Assembly: GCA_964583165.1 (NCBI GenBank)
Contig: CAZOVK010000003.1
Coordinates: 1-64,000 of the forward strand
Length of the DNA stretch: 64,000 nt
Direction: 5' to 3'
Origin: an uncultured Defluviitaleaceae bacterium
Lineage (GTDB): Bacteria > Bacillota > Clostridia > Lachnospirales > WRAX01
Numbering within the stretch: position 1 is the first letter of the stretch; each line of letters opens with the position of its first letter. The notes below the pieces were generated by a model. The model was not told the DNA's origin, ran no database searches, and worked only from the letters and a program-made list of their open reading frames with translations. This document shows, piece after piece, positions 9,868 to 19,861 of the stretch. The translations under genes were made by a program, and so were the position numbers.

Positions 9868-10719
9868 CTATTTCTCTATATCGCGGTGGGTTATGAGCGT
9901 ATAAAACCCCTTGTTCGTCAAGTCTGCGAACAACGCGTTTGCGATAGTGACCGAGCGGTGTTTGCCACCCGTACAACCTATCGCTATGACGAGTTGGGTT
10001 TTACCCTCATTCTTGAAATTCGGTATAAGAAAGTCTATCATGTCTGTCAGTTTCGCCATGAACGGCGCGAATTGTTCTTGACTCTTGACATAGTCGCTCA
10101 CAGGCACGTCGTTACCCGTGAGCGCCTTTAATGTCGGGATATAGAACGGGTTAGGCAAGAACCGTACGTCGAATACCAAATCGGCGTCATTCGGTATGCC
10201 CACTTTGAAGCCGAAACTCATGACGTTTATTACGAGCGAGTTAAACAACTTATCCTCAACAAAGAGTTCTTCAATACGCTCTTTGAGTTGGCGCGTGAGA
10301 AGTTTTGACGTGTCAAGGATTATGTCCGCGCGTTTCTTGATTTCAGTCAGTTCTTCGCGCTCCAGTTCTATGCCGTCTATAATGCGCCCCGTTTTAGCGA
10401 GCGGGTGGGAACGGCGCGTTTCTTTGTAGCGTGTGGTTAGAGCCTCGTTTGATGACTCAAGAAATAATACGCGCGTTTGAATTTTATCGGGCATAACATC
10501 CAGCACGGGCAGTAACCCCGCGAACATGCTACCGCCGCGAATATCCACGCCGACAGCCACACGGTCAATGCCCGCGCCCGATAATAGTGACAGCTCCGCA
10601 AATTCCACAATCAAAGACGGCGGCAGATTATCCACGCAGTAAAAGCCGAAATCCTCAAAGAATTTCAGCGCCGTGCTCTTGCCCGCGCCTGACATGCCCG
10701 TTACAATAACTAACAACAT
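9868..10719 (-). CDS. rapZ: RapZ/YvcJ-family P-loop NTPase
   Basis: Walker A motif GMSGAGKS at the N-terminus and a conserved C-terminal GCTGGKHRSV motif. Confidence 0.85.
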   Translation of the reverse strand: MLLVIVTGMSGAGKSTALKFFEDFGFYCVDNLPPSLIVEFAELSLLSGAGIDRVAVGVDIRGGSMFAGLLPVLDVMPDKIQTRVLFLESSNEALTTRYKETRRSHPLAKTGRIIDGIELEREELTEIKKRADIILDTSKLLTRQLKERIEELFVEDKLFNSLVINVMSFGFKVGIPNDADLVFDVRFLPNPFYIPTLKALTGNDVPVSDYVKSQEQFAPFMAKLTDMIDFLIPNFKNEGKTQLVIAIGCTGGKHRSVTIANALFADLTNKGFYTLITHRDIEK

Positions 10720-11618
10720 AGGAGTTTGACCTCTGCTTCCAACAAAATCCCTGATGTTTCAAGGACTCGCTGTCTTATGTGCTCCATGAGCGCGAGAATG
10801 TCGGCGGTTGTCGCGCCACCCGCGTTCACTATGAAGCCCGCGTGTTTGGTTGATACCATAGCGCCGCCGATTTGATAACCCTTTAGCCCCGCGCTTTCGA
10901 TAAGCTTACCCGCGTACTTATCGGGAATGTTCGGGCGCTTGAACGTACTACCAGCACTAGGCATATCAAGCGGTTGCTTTTCAACGCGCTGACCATTATA
11001 GTAATTCATGGCGTTGCGGATAGCGGAGTATTCGCCCGCTTCGAGCTTGACACATACTTGTAGGACTATATCGTGGTTCGTTTCAATCGCGCTGTGGCGA
11101 TAACCGAAGTCCATATATTCGCTATAGACCGCTTTAAGTTCACCGCCTTGTGTGATGATTAGCGCATAATCAAACACGTCCTTAATCTCGCCTAGATACG
11201 CGCCAGCGTTCATGAACACGCCACCACCGACAGTGCCGGGTATGCCCGACAGCTTCTCCATGCCCGTTAGGTTGTTTTTGAGCGCCTTTTGGGCAATAGA
11301 AGCCAAACTCGCGCCTGCGTCAGCCAAAATCCTGTTTCTGGGCAATAACATGATGCGATTCATGGCTGTTGTCGCTATGAACACGCCGTCAAAACCCTCA
11401 TCGGGTATCAATAGGTTGCTGGCGTTACCGATTACCATGTGTTTTATGCCGTTCTCACGGCAAAATCGCAAGAGCGCCGCCATCTGTGTCGGCGTTTCTG
11501 GCGTTACGTAAAACCGCGCATTCCCGCCTGTTCTGAACGAGGTGTGCCGCGCCATTGACTCGTTTTCAAGGACGCTTTCAGCGCCCAAAATTCTGACTAA
11601 ATCTGCCTTGTACAACAA
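10710..11618 (-). CDS. murB: UDP-N-acetylenolpyruvoylglucosamine reductase
   Basis: FAD-binding N-terminus (SFRTGGNARFYV) and a MurB C-terminal domain. The 3' end overlaps the rapZ start by 10 nt. Confidence 0.85.
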   Translation of the reverse strand: MLYKADLVRILGAESVLENESMARHTSFRTGGNARFYVTPETPTQMAALLRFCRENGIKHMVIGNASNLLIPDEGFDGVFIATTAMNRIMLLPRNRILADAGASLASIAQKALKNNLTGMEKLSGIPGTVGGGVFMNAGAYLGEIKDVFDYALIITQGGELKAVYSEYMDFGYRHSAIETNHDIVLQVCVKLEAGEYSAIRNAMNYYNGQRVEKQPLDMPSAGSTFKRPNIPDKYAGKLIESAGLKGYQIGGAMVSTKHAGFIVNAGGATTADILALMEHIRQRVLETSGILLEAEVKLLCC

Positions 11619-11676
11619 ACCACCTCAAAAATCTATGTTACAACATAATATTCAACGTGCTTGGGCGTTATTTGTA

Positions 11677-12624
11677 TTATCTGGCGAGCATTGCCGCCCC
11701 GATTATGCCCGCGTCATTGCCGAGAACCGCCGGGTTAATCTGTGTATGGAGAACCCCGCCGTAGCACTTTTTAATCATCTTCTCTCGAACGACAGATAGC
11801 AGTTTCTCGCCCTGTGCGCTCACGCCGCCACCGACAACGATTACATCGGGTTGGAAGATGTTCACGAGGTTCACAAAGCCTTCGGCTAAATATTCAGTGT
11901 AGCTGTCTACCAACTCTTGAGCGGTTGAATCCCCCGCTTGTGCCGCGTCAAAGACGGTTTTTGGCGTAATGTCATTAGCTTTGCCGTCAACGAGCGTCAG
12001 AATCTTTGAATCGGGGTTAGCGGCAACAGCGCGTTTCGCGTCACGCATGAGCGCGGGAGCGGCGGCGTATGCCTCGAAACAGCCCTTACGCCCGCATGAA
12101 CAAGGTTCGCCGTTCATCATAACAACCGTATGCCCAAATTCGCCGCTGCCGAGAAAGTTACTCTGATAAATCTTGCCGTCAACTATTATGCCACTGCCAA
12201 CGCCTGTGCCGAGTGTGATTGTGATAGAAAAGCCCGCGCCTTTCGCGCCGCCCGCCACGTTCTCGCCCAGAGCCGCGCAGTTAGCGTCATTCTCTACGAA
12301 AACATTCCACGGTAGATATTTGCCGAGTTCTTCAACGATATTCGCGTTATGCAGGTTTAGGTTGTTTGCATAGATGACCTCGCCCTTAATCGGGTCAATC
12401 ACGCCCGGTGCGCCAATGCCAACGCCTATGATTTCTTCGTTTTTGAGCGTTCTGTCAGACACCAGCTCTAGGCAAAGCGCCGCCATGTCACGCGCAAGTG
12501 TTTCAAAACCCATTGAATGGCGTGACGGCACGCTCTTTTTATAGACCAACAACCCGTCTGTATCAACCAAGCCCGCCGCGAGGTTGGTGCCCCCCAAATC
12601 CACGCCGATATAGTATTTACCCAT
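11677..12624 (-). CDS. glcK: ROK-family glucokinase
   Basis: IGVDLGGTNLAAGLVD N-terminus and the ROK zinc motif CSCGRKGCFEAY. No helix-turn-helix is present, so it is a kinase rather than a regulator. Confidence 0.8.
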   Translation of the reverse strand: MGKYYIGVDLGGTNLAAGLVDTDGLLVYKKSVPSRHSMGFETLARDMAALCLELVSDRTLKNEEIIGVGIGAPGVIDPIKGEVIYANNLNLHNANIVEELGKYLPWNVFVENDANCAALGENVAGGAKGAGFSITITLGTGVGSGIIVDGKIYQSNFLGSGEFGHTVVMMNGEPCSCGRKGCFEAYAAAPALMRDAKRAVAANPDSKILTLVDGKANDITPKTVFDAAQAGDSTAQELVDSYTEYLAEGFVNLVNIFQPDVIVVGGGVSAQGEKLLSVVREKMIKKCYGGVLHTQINPAVLGNDAGIIGAAMLAR

Positions 12625-13562
12625 TAGTTCGACCCCCCGTTTTTCTGTATATTCGCGCTTATGCGCTCGTTTAACACCTTCTCTACGTTATGCCCCATTT
12701 TCTTCTGTCTGTGGTTAATCGCGGCTGATTCACAGATAACCGCGATATTGCGCCCCGGTCGAATCGGGATTTTGTGGCAGACTATGCGATTGCCGAGAAT
12801 TTCCATAAACTCTTCTGACAGACCGAGGCGGTCATAGGCTGTTGTGTCGTCCCAAAGTTCGAGTTTGATTACCAAATCGACGTTCTGTATCGCCTTGATA
12901 CTCTCAACACCGAACATCTGGCGCACGTCAATAATGCCGATACCTCTTAATTCTATCAAATAGCGGATTATTTCGGGTGATGAGCCGATTATGGTTTGAG
13001 CCGATACGCGCTTGACCTCCACAGCATCATCAGCGACAAGACGGTGACCGCGTTTGATGAGTTCAAGCGCCGTTTCGCTCTTGCCGATACCGCTTTCGCC
13101 CATGATGAGAACACCCTCACCATAGATGTCAACAAGAACACCATGTAACGTGGCACGTGGCGCAAGCTGTACGCGTAACCACCGTATGATTTCGCCCATA
13201 AACTCTGTTGTGCTCTCGTTTGTCGAGAAAATCGGCACATTACACTCTGTCGCGAGCTCGAGCATCTCAGGACAGGGCAACAAGTTCCTACATATTATAA
13301 GGCACGGTATCCCGCACATAAACATGCGCTTCAGATTTTCGCGCCGCAATTCGGCGTTCATCTGTTCGAGGTAGGCGTGTTCGACGCGCCCGAGTATCTG
13401 TATTCTGTGTGAGTCAAAGTAATCGAAGAAGCCCGCAATCTGGAGCGCAGGTCGGTTTATGTCAGAATGTGTGACATAGATGCCCGCGAGCTTGACTTGT
13501 GGGTTTAGCTGTATCAAGTGATATTGTCTGACGACTTCTGAAAGCGCGATTGAGTATTCCAT
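12624..13562 (-). CDS. hprK: HPr kinase/phosphorylase
   Basis: Walker A motif GESGIGKSETALEL and the HprK signature LIELRGIGIIDV. Confidence 0.9.
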   Translation of the reverse strand: MEYSIALSEVVRQYHLIQLNPQVKLAGIYVTHSDINRPALQIAGFFDYFDSHRIQILGRVEHAYLEQMNAELRRENLKRMFMCGIPCLIICRNLLPCPEMLELATECNVPIFSTNESTTEFMGEIIRWLRVQLAPRATLHGVLVDIYGEGVLIMGESGIGKSETALELIKRGHRLVADDAVEVKRVSAQTIIGSSPEIIRYLIELRGIGIIDVRQMFGVESIKAIQNVDLVIKLELWDDTTAYDRLGLSEEFMEILGNRIVCHKIPIRPGRNIAVICESAAINHRQKKMGHNVEKVLNERISANIQKNGGSN

Positions 13563-13591
13563 ATAGTCACCGTTCCTGTTATTCGCTAAAT

Positions 13592-15460
13592 CTATTCTAT
13601 ATCATTATCCGCTTTTTTGCAATCGGGATGAAAAAATTCGTAAACTTGAGCGGCGGCGCGTTTGTTCATGTTTGGAGCTTGGGTCAGTTCTTCGAGTGTG
13701 GCGCGTTCAACGCCTTCGACACTGCCGAAGTGTTTTATAAGCGCAGTTCGCCGCTTTTCGCCTATACCCTGAACCTCATCAAGCCGCGAGCGTACCATTG
13801 CCTTTTCGCGCAACTTTCTGTGATATTCAATCGCGAATCGGTGAACCTCCGTTTGTATACGAGTGACCAGTCGAAAGACCTCAGAGTTCGCGGGCATGTT
13901 AATTTCTTCGTTCTTATATAGTAACGCACGCGTGCGGTGTTTGTCGTCTTTAACCATGCCACAAATCGGGATTTCAAGTCCCAATGCCTCGAGCGCTTCC
14001 GTTACGGCCGAAATCTGGGGTTTGCCGCCGTCCAGCAGGAGTAAATCGGGCAGGTTTGAAAACTTACCGTCTTCGCCGCTCTCTTTTTCGCGCAGGTAGC
14101 GTGAGAAACGGCGCGTGATGACCTCTTTCATAGACGCGAAATCATTCGCGCCGTCAACCGATTTTATCTTGAATTTGCGGTATTCGTTTCGTGCGGGTTT
14201 GCCGTCTATGTAGACGACAAGTGAGCCGACATTCTCAAAGCCTTGGACATTCGAGATGTCCACGCTTTCTATACGAATGGGCGGGGAGGGGAGGTTGAGC
14301 GTTTTTTGAAGCGCCGATAACACCTCGATGGTTTTGGTTTCTTCCTTATCGCGTTTTTCGCGCTTCTGTTCCAGCGCAAAGTTCGCGTTACGCGCCGCCA
14401 TGTCAACGAGCCGCTTTTTGTCGCCCTTTTGAGGCACGGTTAATGTCACTCGTGAATGGCGCAAGTCAGAGAGCCATTTGGCTATGACCTCGGCGTCTGT
14501 GATGTTTGACTGAAGGATGATTTCTTTCGGGATATAGAGGCGCGACGAGTAATACTGCTTCACGAAGTCCGATAAAATATCCTCGCGACGCTTTGCCAGC
14601 ACGCCTTGTAGCGTGAGTTCTTCTCTGTCTTGCATCTTCCCACCGCGCACGAAGAACACTTCAACCACCGCTTCATCATCACGCCGCGCAAATGCAATAA
14701 TGTCTTGGTCTGAGCCATTTTGCTTGTCGAGTATCTGCTTTTCTGACAGGCGCTTGACGGCGGTCATCTTGTTCCGCATATCGGCGGCGCGTTCGTAGTC
14801 CATAACTTCCGAATACTCGTACATGCGGGTTTCTAAGAGTTTTAAGACGTTTGCGTGATTGCCGTTTAAGAAGTCAAGAACGGCGTTCGCGCGTTCCATA
14901 TACTCTTCATAGCCGATTTTGCCCGAACATGGAGCGGGGCATTTGCCTATATGGTAGTTCAGACACGGCCGCGCAGTCTTACCGCCATCTTTCGGGAAGT
15001 TCTTCGTACACTGTTTGAGCGGCCATAGCTGACCGATTAAATCGATTGTTTCTGACGCGCAACCCACGAACGGCCCGAAATACTTGTCGCCGTCCTTTTC
15101 ATACCGCCAGACGAAAACGGCGCGTGGCCAATCTTCGCTTTGGGTATATTTGATATAGGGGTAGCTCTTATCGTCTTTGAGTAGCGTATTATAGCGCGGC
15201 AGATACTTCTTTATCAGATTGCATTCTAAAATTAGCGCGGCAACCTCGTTGTCAGTGACAATGACCTCAAAAGTCGCGATACTCGCGCGTATGCCGAGTG
15301 TTTTGGGGTCGTCGTCTGTCGCCGACTGAAAGTATTGGCGCACGCGGTTTTTAAGGTTTATCGCCTTGCCCACGTAAATGACCGTGTTCTCGTCGTCGCG
15401 CATGATGTACACGCCCGGCGCGTTTGGGAGTTTCGTCAGTTCCAGTTTAATATTAAACAT
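13592..15460 (-). CDS. uvrC: excinuclease ABC subunit C
   Basis: N-terminal GIY-YIG motif (GVYIMRDDENTVIYVGKAINLKNR), a UvrBC-interaction region, and a C-terminal RNaseH-like/HhH domain. Length is 622 aa. Confidence 0.9.
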   Translation of the reverse strand: MFNIKLELTKLPNAPGVYIMRDDENTVIYVGKAINLKNRVRQYFQSATDDDPKTLGIRASIATFEVIVTDNEVAALILECNLIKKYLPRYNTLLKDDKSYPYIKYTQSEDWPRAVFVWRYEKDGDKYFGPFVGCASETIDLIGQLWPLKQCTKNFPKDGGKTARPCLNYHIGKCPAPCSGKIGYEEYMERANAVLDFLNGNHANVLKLLETRMYEYSEVMDYERAADMRNKMTAVKRLSEKQILDKQNGSDQDIIAFARRDDEAVVEVFFVRGGKMQDREELTLQGVLAKRREDILSDFVKQYYSSRLYIPKEIILQSNITDAEVIAKWLSDLRHSRVTLTVPQKGDKKRLVDMAARNANFALEQKREKRDKEETKTIEVLSALQKTLNLPSPPIRIESVDISNVQGFENVGSLVVYIDGKPARNEYRKFKIKSVDGANDFASMKEVITRRFSRYLREKESGEDGKFSNLPDLLLLDGGKPQISAVTEALEALGLEIPICGMVKDDKHRTRALLYKNEEINMPANSEVFRLVTRIQTEVHRFAIEYHRKLREKAMVRSRLDEVQGIGEKRRTALIKHFGSVEGVERATLEELTQAPNMNKRAAAQVYEFFHPDCKKADNDIE

Positions 15461-15466
15461 ATTTAC

Positions 15467-16450
15467 CTACATACCGTATTTAATTTTCTTGCGCACGTCT
15501 TCGCCGTAGAAGCGTAACATGGTATAGTTGCCGATAAAGCGTGACATGATGCGGTCGGAGTATTCGGCTGTGAGTTCGTCAAAGCGCAGATTCGTTGAAA
15601 TGACTGTCGGCTTTTCGGCAATCAGGCGCTGGTTGATGATATGGAACAGCCCGCGCTTCGTGATGTCTGTCATAAACTCCGTGCCTAAGTCGTCAATAAT
15701 TAGTACGTCAACTTCCAACATCAAGTCCATTGTTTCACTGTCGAAGTTGTCTTCGCCGCGCCCAAAACGGATGTCCTCCACGATTTTGAAGAGGTTACCG
15801 CTCGTGATATAGAAAACGGTATGACCATGTTCAAGAAGTTCGTTCGCTATACAGTTGCACAAAAATGTCTTGCCCAAACCCGTTTCACCTGTCATAAGTA
15901 TGTTCGTAAATGTCGCGCCGAATTTTTGCGCGAAGTTCATACATGCCAAATAGTTTTTCTTCATGACAGCGCGTGGCGAAAGCCCTGTTTTGGGGTCGGG
16001 CTCGTCCGCGTAGTAGTTCAGGTTGAAGGTGTCGAAGTTTTCCAGTTTGGCGCGATTGCCCAAGTTGGCGTATCGGTAACTTTTTTCTATCACGAGTTGG
16101 CGCATACACTTACAGCGGCTCTCGCCAGCATAACCCGTATCATTACAGACCGTGCAGTTGTATTTAGGCACGAAGTCTGATTCGGTGAAGCCATTCGCCT
16201 CGTATATGGTGTTGCGCTCGGCTAATAAACGCGCCCTCAAGACCTTCATCTTTTCTAATTCTTCATTCGCATTGCGAAGTACTGCCAGTCGAGCGACACT
16301 TAAACCCTCACGGACTAACGTTTCGTCAATTTCTTTAAGGCGCGGTAGTCGCGCGTAGATGCGCTCTTTGTACTCACGTGCGTCGCGTTCGGCTTTTGAG
16401 CGCGATTTGTCTAACTCGCGCTGTATTTCGTTGAATACTTGCCTGTTCAT
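15467..16450 (-). CDS. dnaI: DnaI/DnaC-like helicase loader (IstB-type AAA+ protein with an N-terminal zinc-binding domain)
   Basis: A CxxC...CxC cluster, then Walker A GETGLGKTFL and Walker B VLIIDDLG. Confidence 0.75.
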   Translation of the reverse strand: MNRQVFNEIQRELDKSRSKAERDAREYKERIYARLPRLKEIDETLVREGLSVARLAVLRNANEELEKMKVLRARLLAERNTIYEANGFTESDFVPKYNCTVCNDTGYAGESRCKCMRQLVIEKSYRYANLGNRAKLENFDTFNLNYYADEPDPKTGLSPRAVMKKNYLACMNFAQKFGATFTNILMTGETGLGKTFLCNCIANELLEHGHTVFYITSGNLFKIVEDIRFGRGEDNFDSETMDLMLEVDVLIIDDLGTEFMTDITKRGLFHIINQRLIAEKPTVISTNLRFDELTAEYSDRIMSRFIGNYTMLRFYGEDVRKKIKYGM

Positions 16451-16475
16451 ATATTTACCTCATCTATAATAACGC

Positions 16476-17480
16476 CTATTCCGTGCCGCCGCGCAATTCT
16501 TGCTCTAGTTTCATGCGTTCAAGGCGTTCTATCTCGTCAAAATCCCAATCGCGCCGATTCACGCTTGAAAAACGCCCTTTGGGTTTGGATGCCTGTTGGC
16601 TGGTTTGGGCGGATTTCTCGGTCTTTTCCTGTTCCTTTTGTTGCTTGCGCTTTTCGTCTGATTTTTCTATATCCTCTATACTCTGGACGCTTTCTTCATG
16701 CCATGACGTGAGAACCTTGTCGGCGTAACTGAAACTGACCTTGCCGGTGTTCACGATTGCGCGGTCACATGCCGTCAAAATTACGTCGAGCGGCACTGCC
16801 CATTCATTCAACCATTTGTGCATATATTTCTGTTCGGTTTTTGACGGGTTGCGCCCTGTTACGCCGAAAGCAGACAGGATTTGGCGGTAATCGTTGTTAA
16901 ACAGCTTTATGCGGCTTTCGGCCTGTTCAACTGTCGAAATGCCCGCGTCATCCCAGTCTAGGGCTACCTTTTCGATGTATCGCGTGCCTCGGTGACCGCT
17001 TTCTACGCAATACCTTAGCATGACCTCGATAACATCAATGGGGAGCTTGTTCCACTCATAGAAACTTAGAAATAGGTTCATCTCGCTATAGGTGAGCGGT
17101 TTCGCCAAAATCCCCTCCGCGAGTTTGAACAGGCGGCGTATCTCGGGGCTATGCGCCATATAACGCTCAATCTCCAATGCGCTGAAGGTTGGGCGCGCTT
17201 CTACTGTTGCGGGTTCCGAGGGCTCGGTGGTATCTGATTGTATGGCAACAACGGGCTTGTCCTCCAACAAACCCTGAGTGCGCCAAAAATGCAACGCGAT
17301 TTGCGCCGCATCACCCGTTATGCCCAGTTTTGTAGCAATATCAGCGTGTGATATGGTTAAACCCGCTTGCTTATAGGCTTGATACAAGATATAGACAGCC
17401 AGATGCGCGGGGTTAGCTTGTGGTAAGAAATTCTCAATAAAACTGTTCGGAATATTTGTTACACCTTCGGGTAATGCCAT
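16476..17480 (-). CDS. DnaD-domain replication initiation/membrane attachment protein (DnaB/DnaD family of Firmicutes)
   Basis: N-terminal winged-helix region and a central DnaD-like domain (YEWNKLPIDVIEVMLRYCV). It sits immediately upstream of the dnaI-like gene, as in the Bacillus dnaB-dnaI operon. Confidence 0.68.
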   Translation of the reverse strand: MALPEGVTNIPNSFIENFLPQANPAHLAVYILYQAYKQAGLTISHADIATKLGITGDAAQIALHFWRTQGLLEDKPVVAIQSDTTEPSEPATVEARPTFSALEIERYMAHSPEIRRLFKLAEGILAKPLTYSEMNLFLSFYEWNKLPIDVIEVMLRYCVESGHRGTRYIEKVALDWDDAGISTVEQAESRIKLFNNDYRQILSAFGVTGRNPSKTEQKYMHKWLNEWAVPLDVILTACDRAIVNTGKVSFSYADKVLTSWHEESVQSIEDIEKSDEKRKQQKEQEKTEKSAQTSQQASKPKGRFSSVNRRDWDFDEIERLERMKLEQELRGGTE

Positions 17481-17537
17481 AGAATCACTCCTAATTTCTT
17501 AATTATATCATAGATTTTGTGAATTTGAAATAATCAA

Positions 17538-17566
17538 TTGACATTCTCGATTGCTGTTGCTAGTAT
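17538..17566 (+). promoter_or_regulatory. sigma-A-type promoter for the zinc-ribbon/SPFH pair
   Basis: TTGACA (17538-17543), a 17-bp spacer, then TAGTAT (17561-17566). Confidence 0.45.
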
Positions 17567-17587
17567 TGAATTATGGGGGGATTGTCT

Positions 17588-18793
17588 ATGGCAGAAGAAC
17601 AACGTATAATCTCAATTGACGCTGAAACCTGTGTATGCCCGTCATGCGGCGGTGTGTTGAAGTTTGACATCAAGAAAGAGAAATATTTGTGCTCTTCTTG
17701 CGGTTTTGAGGGCACAGTGCAAGCGGTTACAGATTCGATTAAGGAATATCGTTTTGACGACTATGCAGAGCGCGAGGCGAAGAGTGTGCCGTTTGAGGGC
17801 ATGGCTGAATCGCATTGTCAAAACTGCGGCGCGTCGATTATTTTTGATAAGACTACAATTGCTTCAACATGCCCGATGTGTGGTTCAACACAGATAGCCA
17901 CGGCAAAACAGCGCGCGGGCATCCCGCCGGAGGGCATTGTTACGTTTAAGATTGACAAGAAAGATGCCGAGCGTCGGTTTTCTGAGTGGGTCAAGAAGCT
18001 GTGGTTTGCGCCGAATGCGCTAAAGAAGAGTTTTCAGGCGGGTAACCTTCATGGCACCTATGTGCCGTTCTGGACATATGACGCAAAGGTAGTGTCGTCA
18101 TATAAGGGTCAAGGCGGCGAAAACCGCACCGTCACAGACAGCAAGGGGAACAGGTCAACCGTTACGGATTGGTACTCGGTCAGTGGCATAGTATCGGAAG
18201 AGTTTGACGACATTCAGATTTGCGCGTCCTCAAAAACCCGCGCACATGTGGTTGACGAAATCTTGCCCTTTAACACTATAGGTAATTTGAAACCTTACGC
18301 GCCGCAATATATGTCGGGGTTTTCTGCCGAGCTTTATTCGGTTAAGGCCGATGAGGGCTTTAATTACGCAAAAGAGCAAATGGAAGAACGTATGGAGGAG
18401 TTGGCGATAGCCGATATACGTAAGCACTATGATGAGGCGCGGGGCGTAACGCTTAAATCAAAGTATTCGCAAGTGACGTATAAACACGTCTTGTTGCCGG
18501 TTTGGACTTCAGCTTTCGCGTATGGCGGCAAGACTTATAACTATATCATAAACGGTGAAACAGGTAAGGTCAGTGGTCAGCGCCCGTATAGTATACCTAA
18601 GATTGTCGCGTTTGTGCTTGTTATTATCGCGATTGGGGTTGCGATTTTCATGTTTGTTTATAATGATGATGAAGACTACGGCGCGATTGATACGGCACAG
18701 CCTGTTTACGCACAGTATGACGGCGCAGACGATGTGAATTACATCGATATCGAAGGCGTTGCGTTTGAAGTGGTTGACGAAGTTAATATGTAA
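17588..18793 (+). CDS. multi-zinc-ribbon membrane protein (YdjG-like)
   Basis: Three N-terminal CxxC...CxxC ribbons, a central domain, a C-proximal TM helix and an acidic tail. Start set at the ATG of MAEEQR, which has GGGGGGA upstream. Confidence 0.6.
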   Translation: MAEEQRIISIDAETCVCPSCGGVLKFDIKKEKYLCSSCGFEGTVQAVTDSIKEYRFDDYAEREAKSVPFEGMAESHCQNCGASIIFDKTTIASTCPMCGSTQIATAKQRAGIPPEGIVTFKIDKKDAERRFSEWVKKLWFAPNALKKSFQAGNLHGTYVPFWTYDAKVVSSYKGQGGENRTVTDSKGNRSTVTDWYSVSGIVSEEFDDIQICASSKTRAHVVDEILPFNTIGNLKPYAPQYMSGFSAELYSVKADEGFNYAKEQMEERMEELAIADIRKHYDEARGVTLKSKYSQVTYKHVLLPVWTSAFAYGGKTYNYIINGETGKVSGQRPYSIPKIVAFVLVIIAIGVAIFMFVYNDDEDYGAIDTAQPVYAQYDGADDVNYIDIEGVAFEVVDEVNM

Positions 18794-18820
18794 AACATTC
18801 TATCAATAGGGAGGTTCTTT

Positions 18821-19801
18821 ATGGCATGGATTTTCGGTCAACAGAAAGACACCATTGAGTGGGAAGAGTTCCGCGATGACGTTCTTTTCTACAAATGGGG
18901 TGGCAAGGAGCTTAAAAAGGGCTCAAAACTCATTATTCGCGCGGGTCAAAAGGCCATTTTCTATGCGAACGGCGTGGTTGAGGGTGTTTTTGAACAACCG
19001 GGTAGTTATGATATAGTAACACAGATTGTGCCGTTTTTGTCAACGTTAAAAGGTTGGTTTACGCTCCGCCAAGATACGGGTATGAGGGCGGAAGTCTATT
19101 TTGTCAACGCGAAAGAGCTTCTACTACCGTGGGGCACACGCCAGCGAATTATGATACCGTCGCCGGAAGTCCCCAGTGGCGTGCCGATTGGCTGTAACGG
19201 TAATCTTGTCATTACGTTCCGTGACTATCAGACATTCATCAATAAAATCGCGGGCGTTAAAGAAACCTATTCGTTGTCAGATATATCAGAACGTATTGTC
19301 GGCATCTTGAACCCGATTATAGCCGAATGTATCCTTGGCAAACAGCAGAGTATTGGGCTTAACGCGCTTATCGGTTTGCAGGCGAACAGCCGTACACTCG
19401 GAAAAGACTTGGCGCGTGAGTTAGACGGCGAGCTGAGCGAAATCGGCTTGGGTGTGGCGAGCCTTAACATCCTGTCGATTAACTACCCGAAAGAAGTTCA
19501 AGAGATGGCTGACCGCGTTGCGGCGCAAAGTTTCGTCGGTGATGTGGGCAAATACGCGTCTATCCAGATGGCTGATAGCTTCGGCAAAGAGGGCGCGGGT
19601 GGTGGTTTGGGTGCCGCCGGCGCTCAAATGGCTATGGGTATGCAACTCGCGCAGAACATGATGGGCGGTATGACGCCCGGCGCGGCTCACGCTACACCTG
19701 CGCCCGCTCAACAGGCCCCGGCGGGTGACAGATTCTGCCCGAATTGCCGCAAGATGGTGAACGGGAAGTTTTGCCCCGATTGTGGGACACAGACGGTTTA
19801 A
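18821..19801 (+). CDS. SPFH/band-7-like protein with a C-terminal zinc ribbon (COG4260, YdjI-like)
   Basis: The N-terminal 250 aa resemble the COG4260 'virion core protein-like' SPFH fold. There is a Gly/Ala/Met-rich linker and a terminal CPNC...CPDC ribbon. Confidence 0.62.
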   Translation: MAWIFGQQKDTIEWEEFRDDVLFYKWGGKELKKGSKLIIRAGQKAIFYANGVVEGVFEQPGSYDIVTQIVPFLSTLKGWFTLRQDTGMRAEVYFVNAKELLLPWGTRQRIMIPSPEVPSGVPIGCNGNLVITFRDYQTFINKIAGVKETYSLSDISERIVGILNPIIAECILGKQQSIGLNALIGLQANSRTLGKDLARELDGELSEIGLGVASLNILSINYPKEVQEMADRVAAQSFVGDVGKYASIQMADSFGKEGAGGGLGAAGAQMAMGMQLAQNMMGGMTPGAAHATPAPAQQAPAGDRFCPNCRKMVNGKFCPDCGTQTV

Positions 19802-19826
19802 GGAAAGTTTTGGGTTGTCGCTGTGA

Positions 19827-19855
19827 TTGACAGAACCTCAATAATCTGTTATTCT
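19827..19855 (+). promoter_or_regulatory. sigma-A-type promoter for the MFS leader transcript
   Basis: TTGACA (19827-19832), a 17-bp spacer, then TATTCT (19850-19855). Confidence 0.5.
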
Positions 19856-19861
19856 GTTAAT

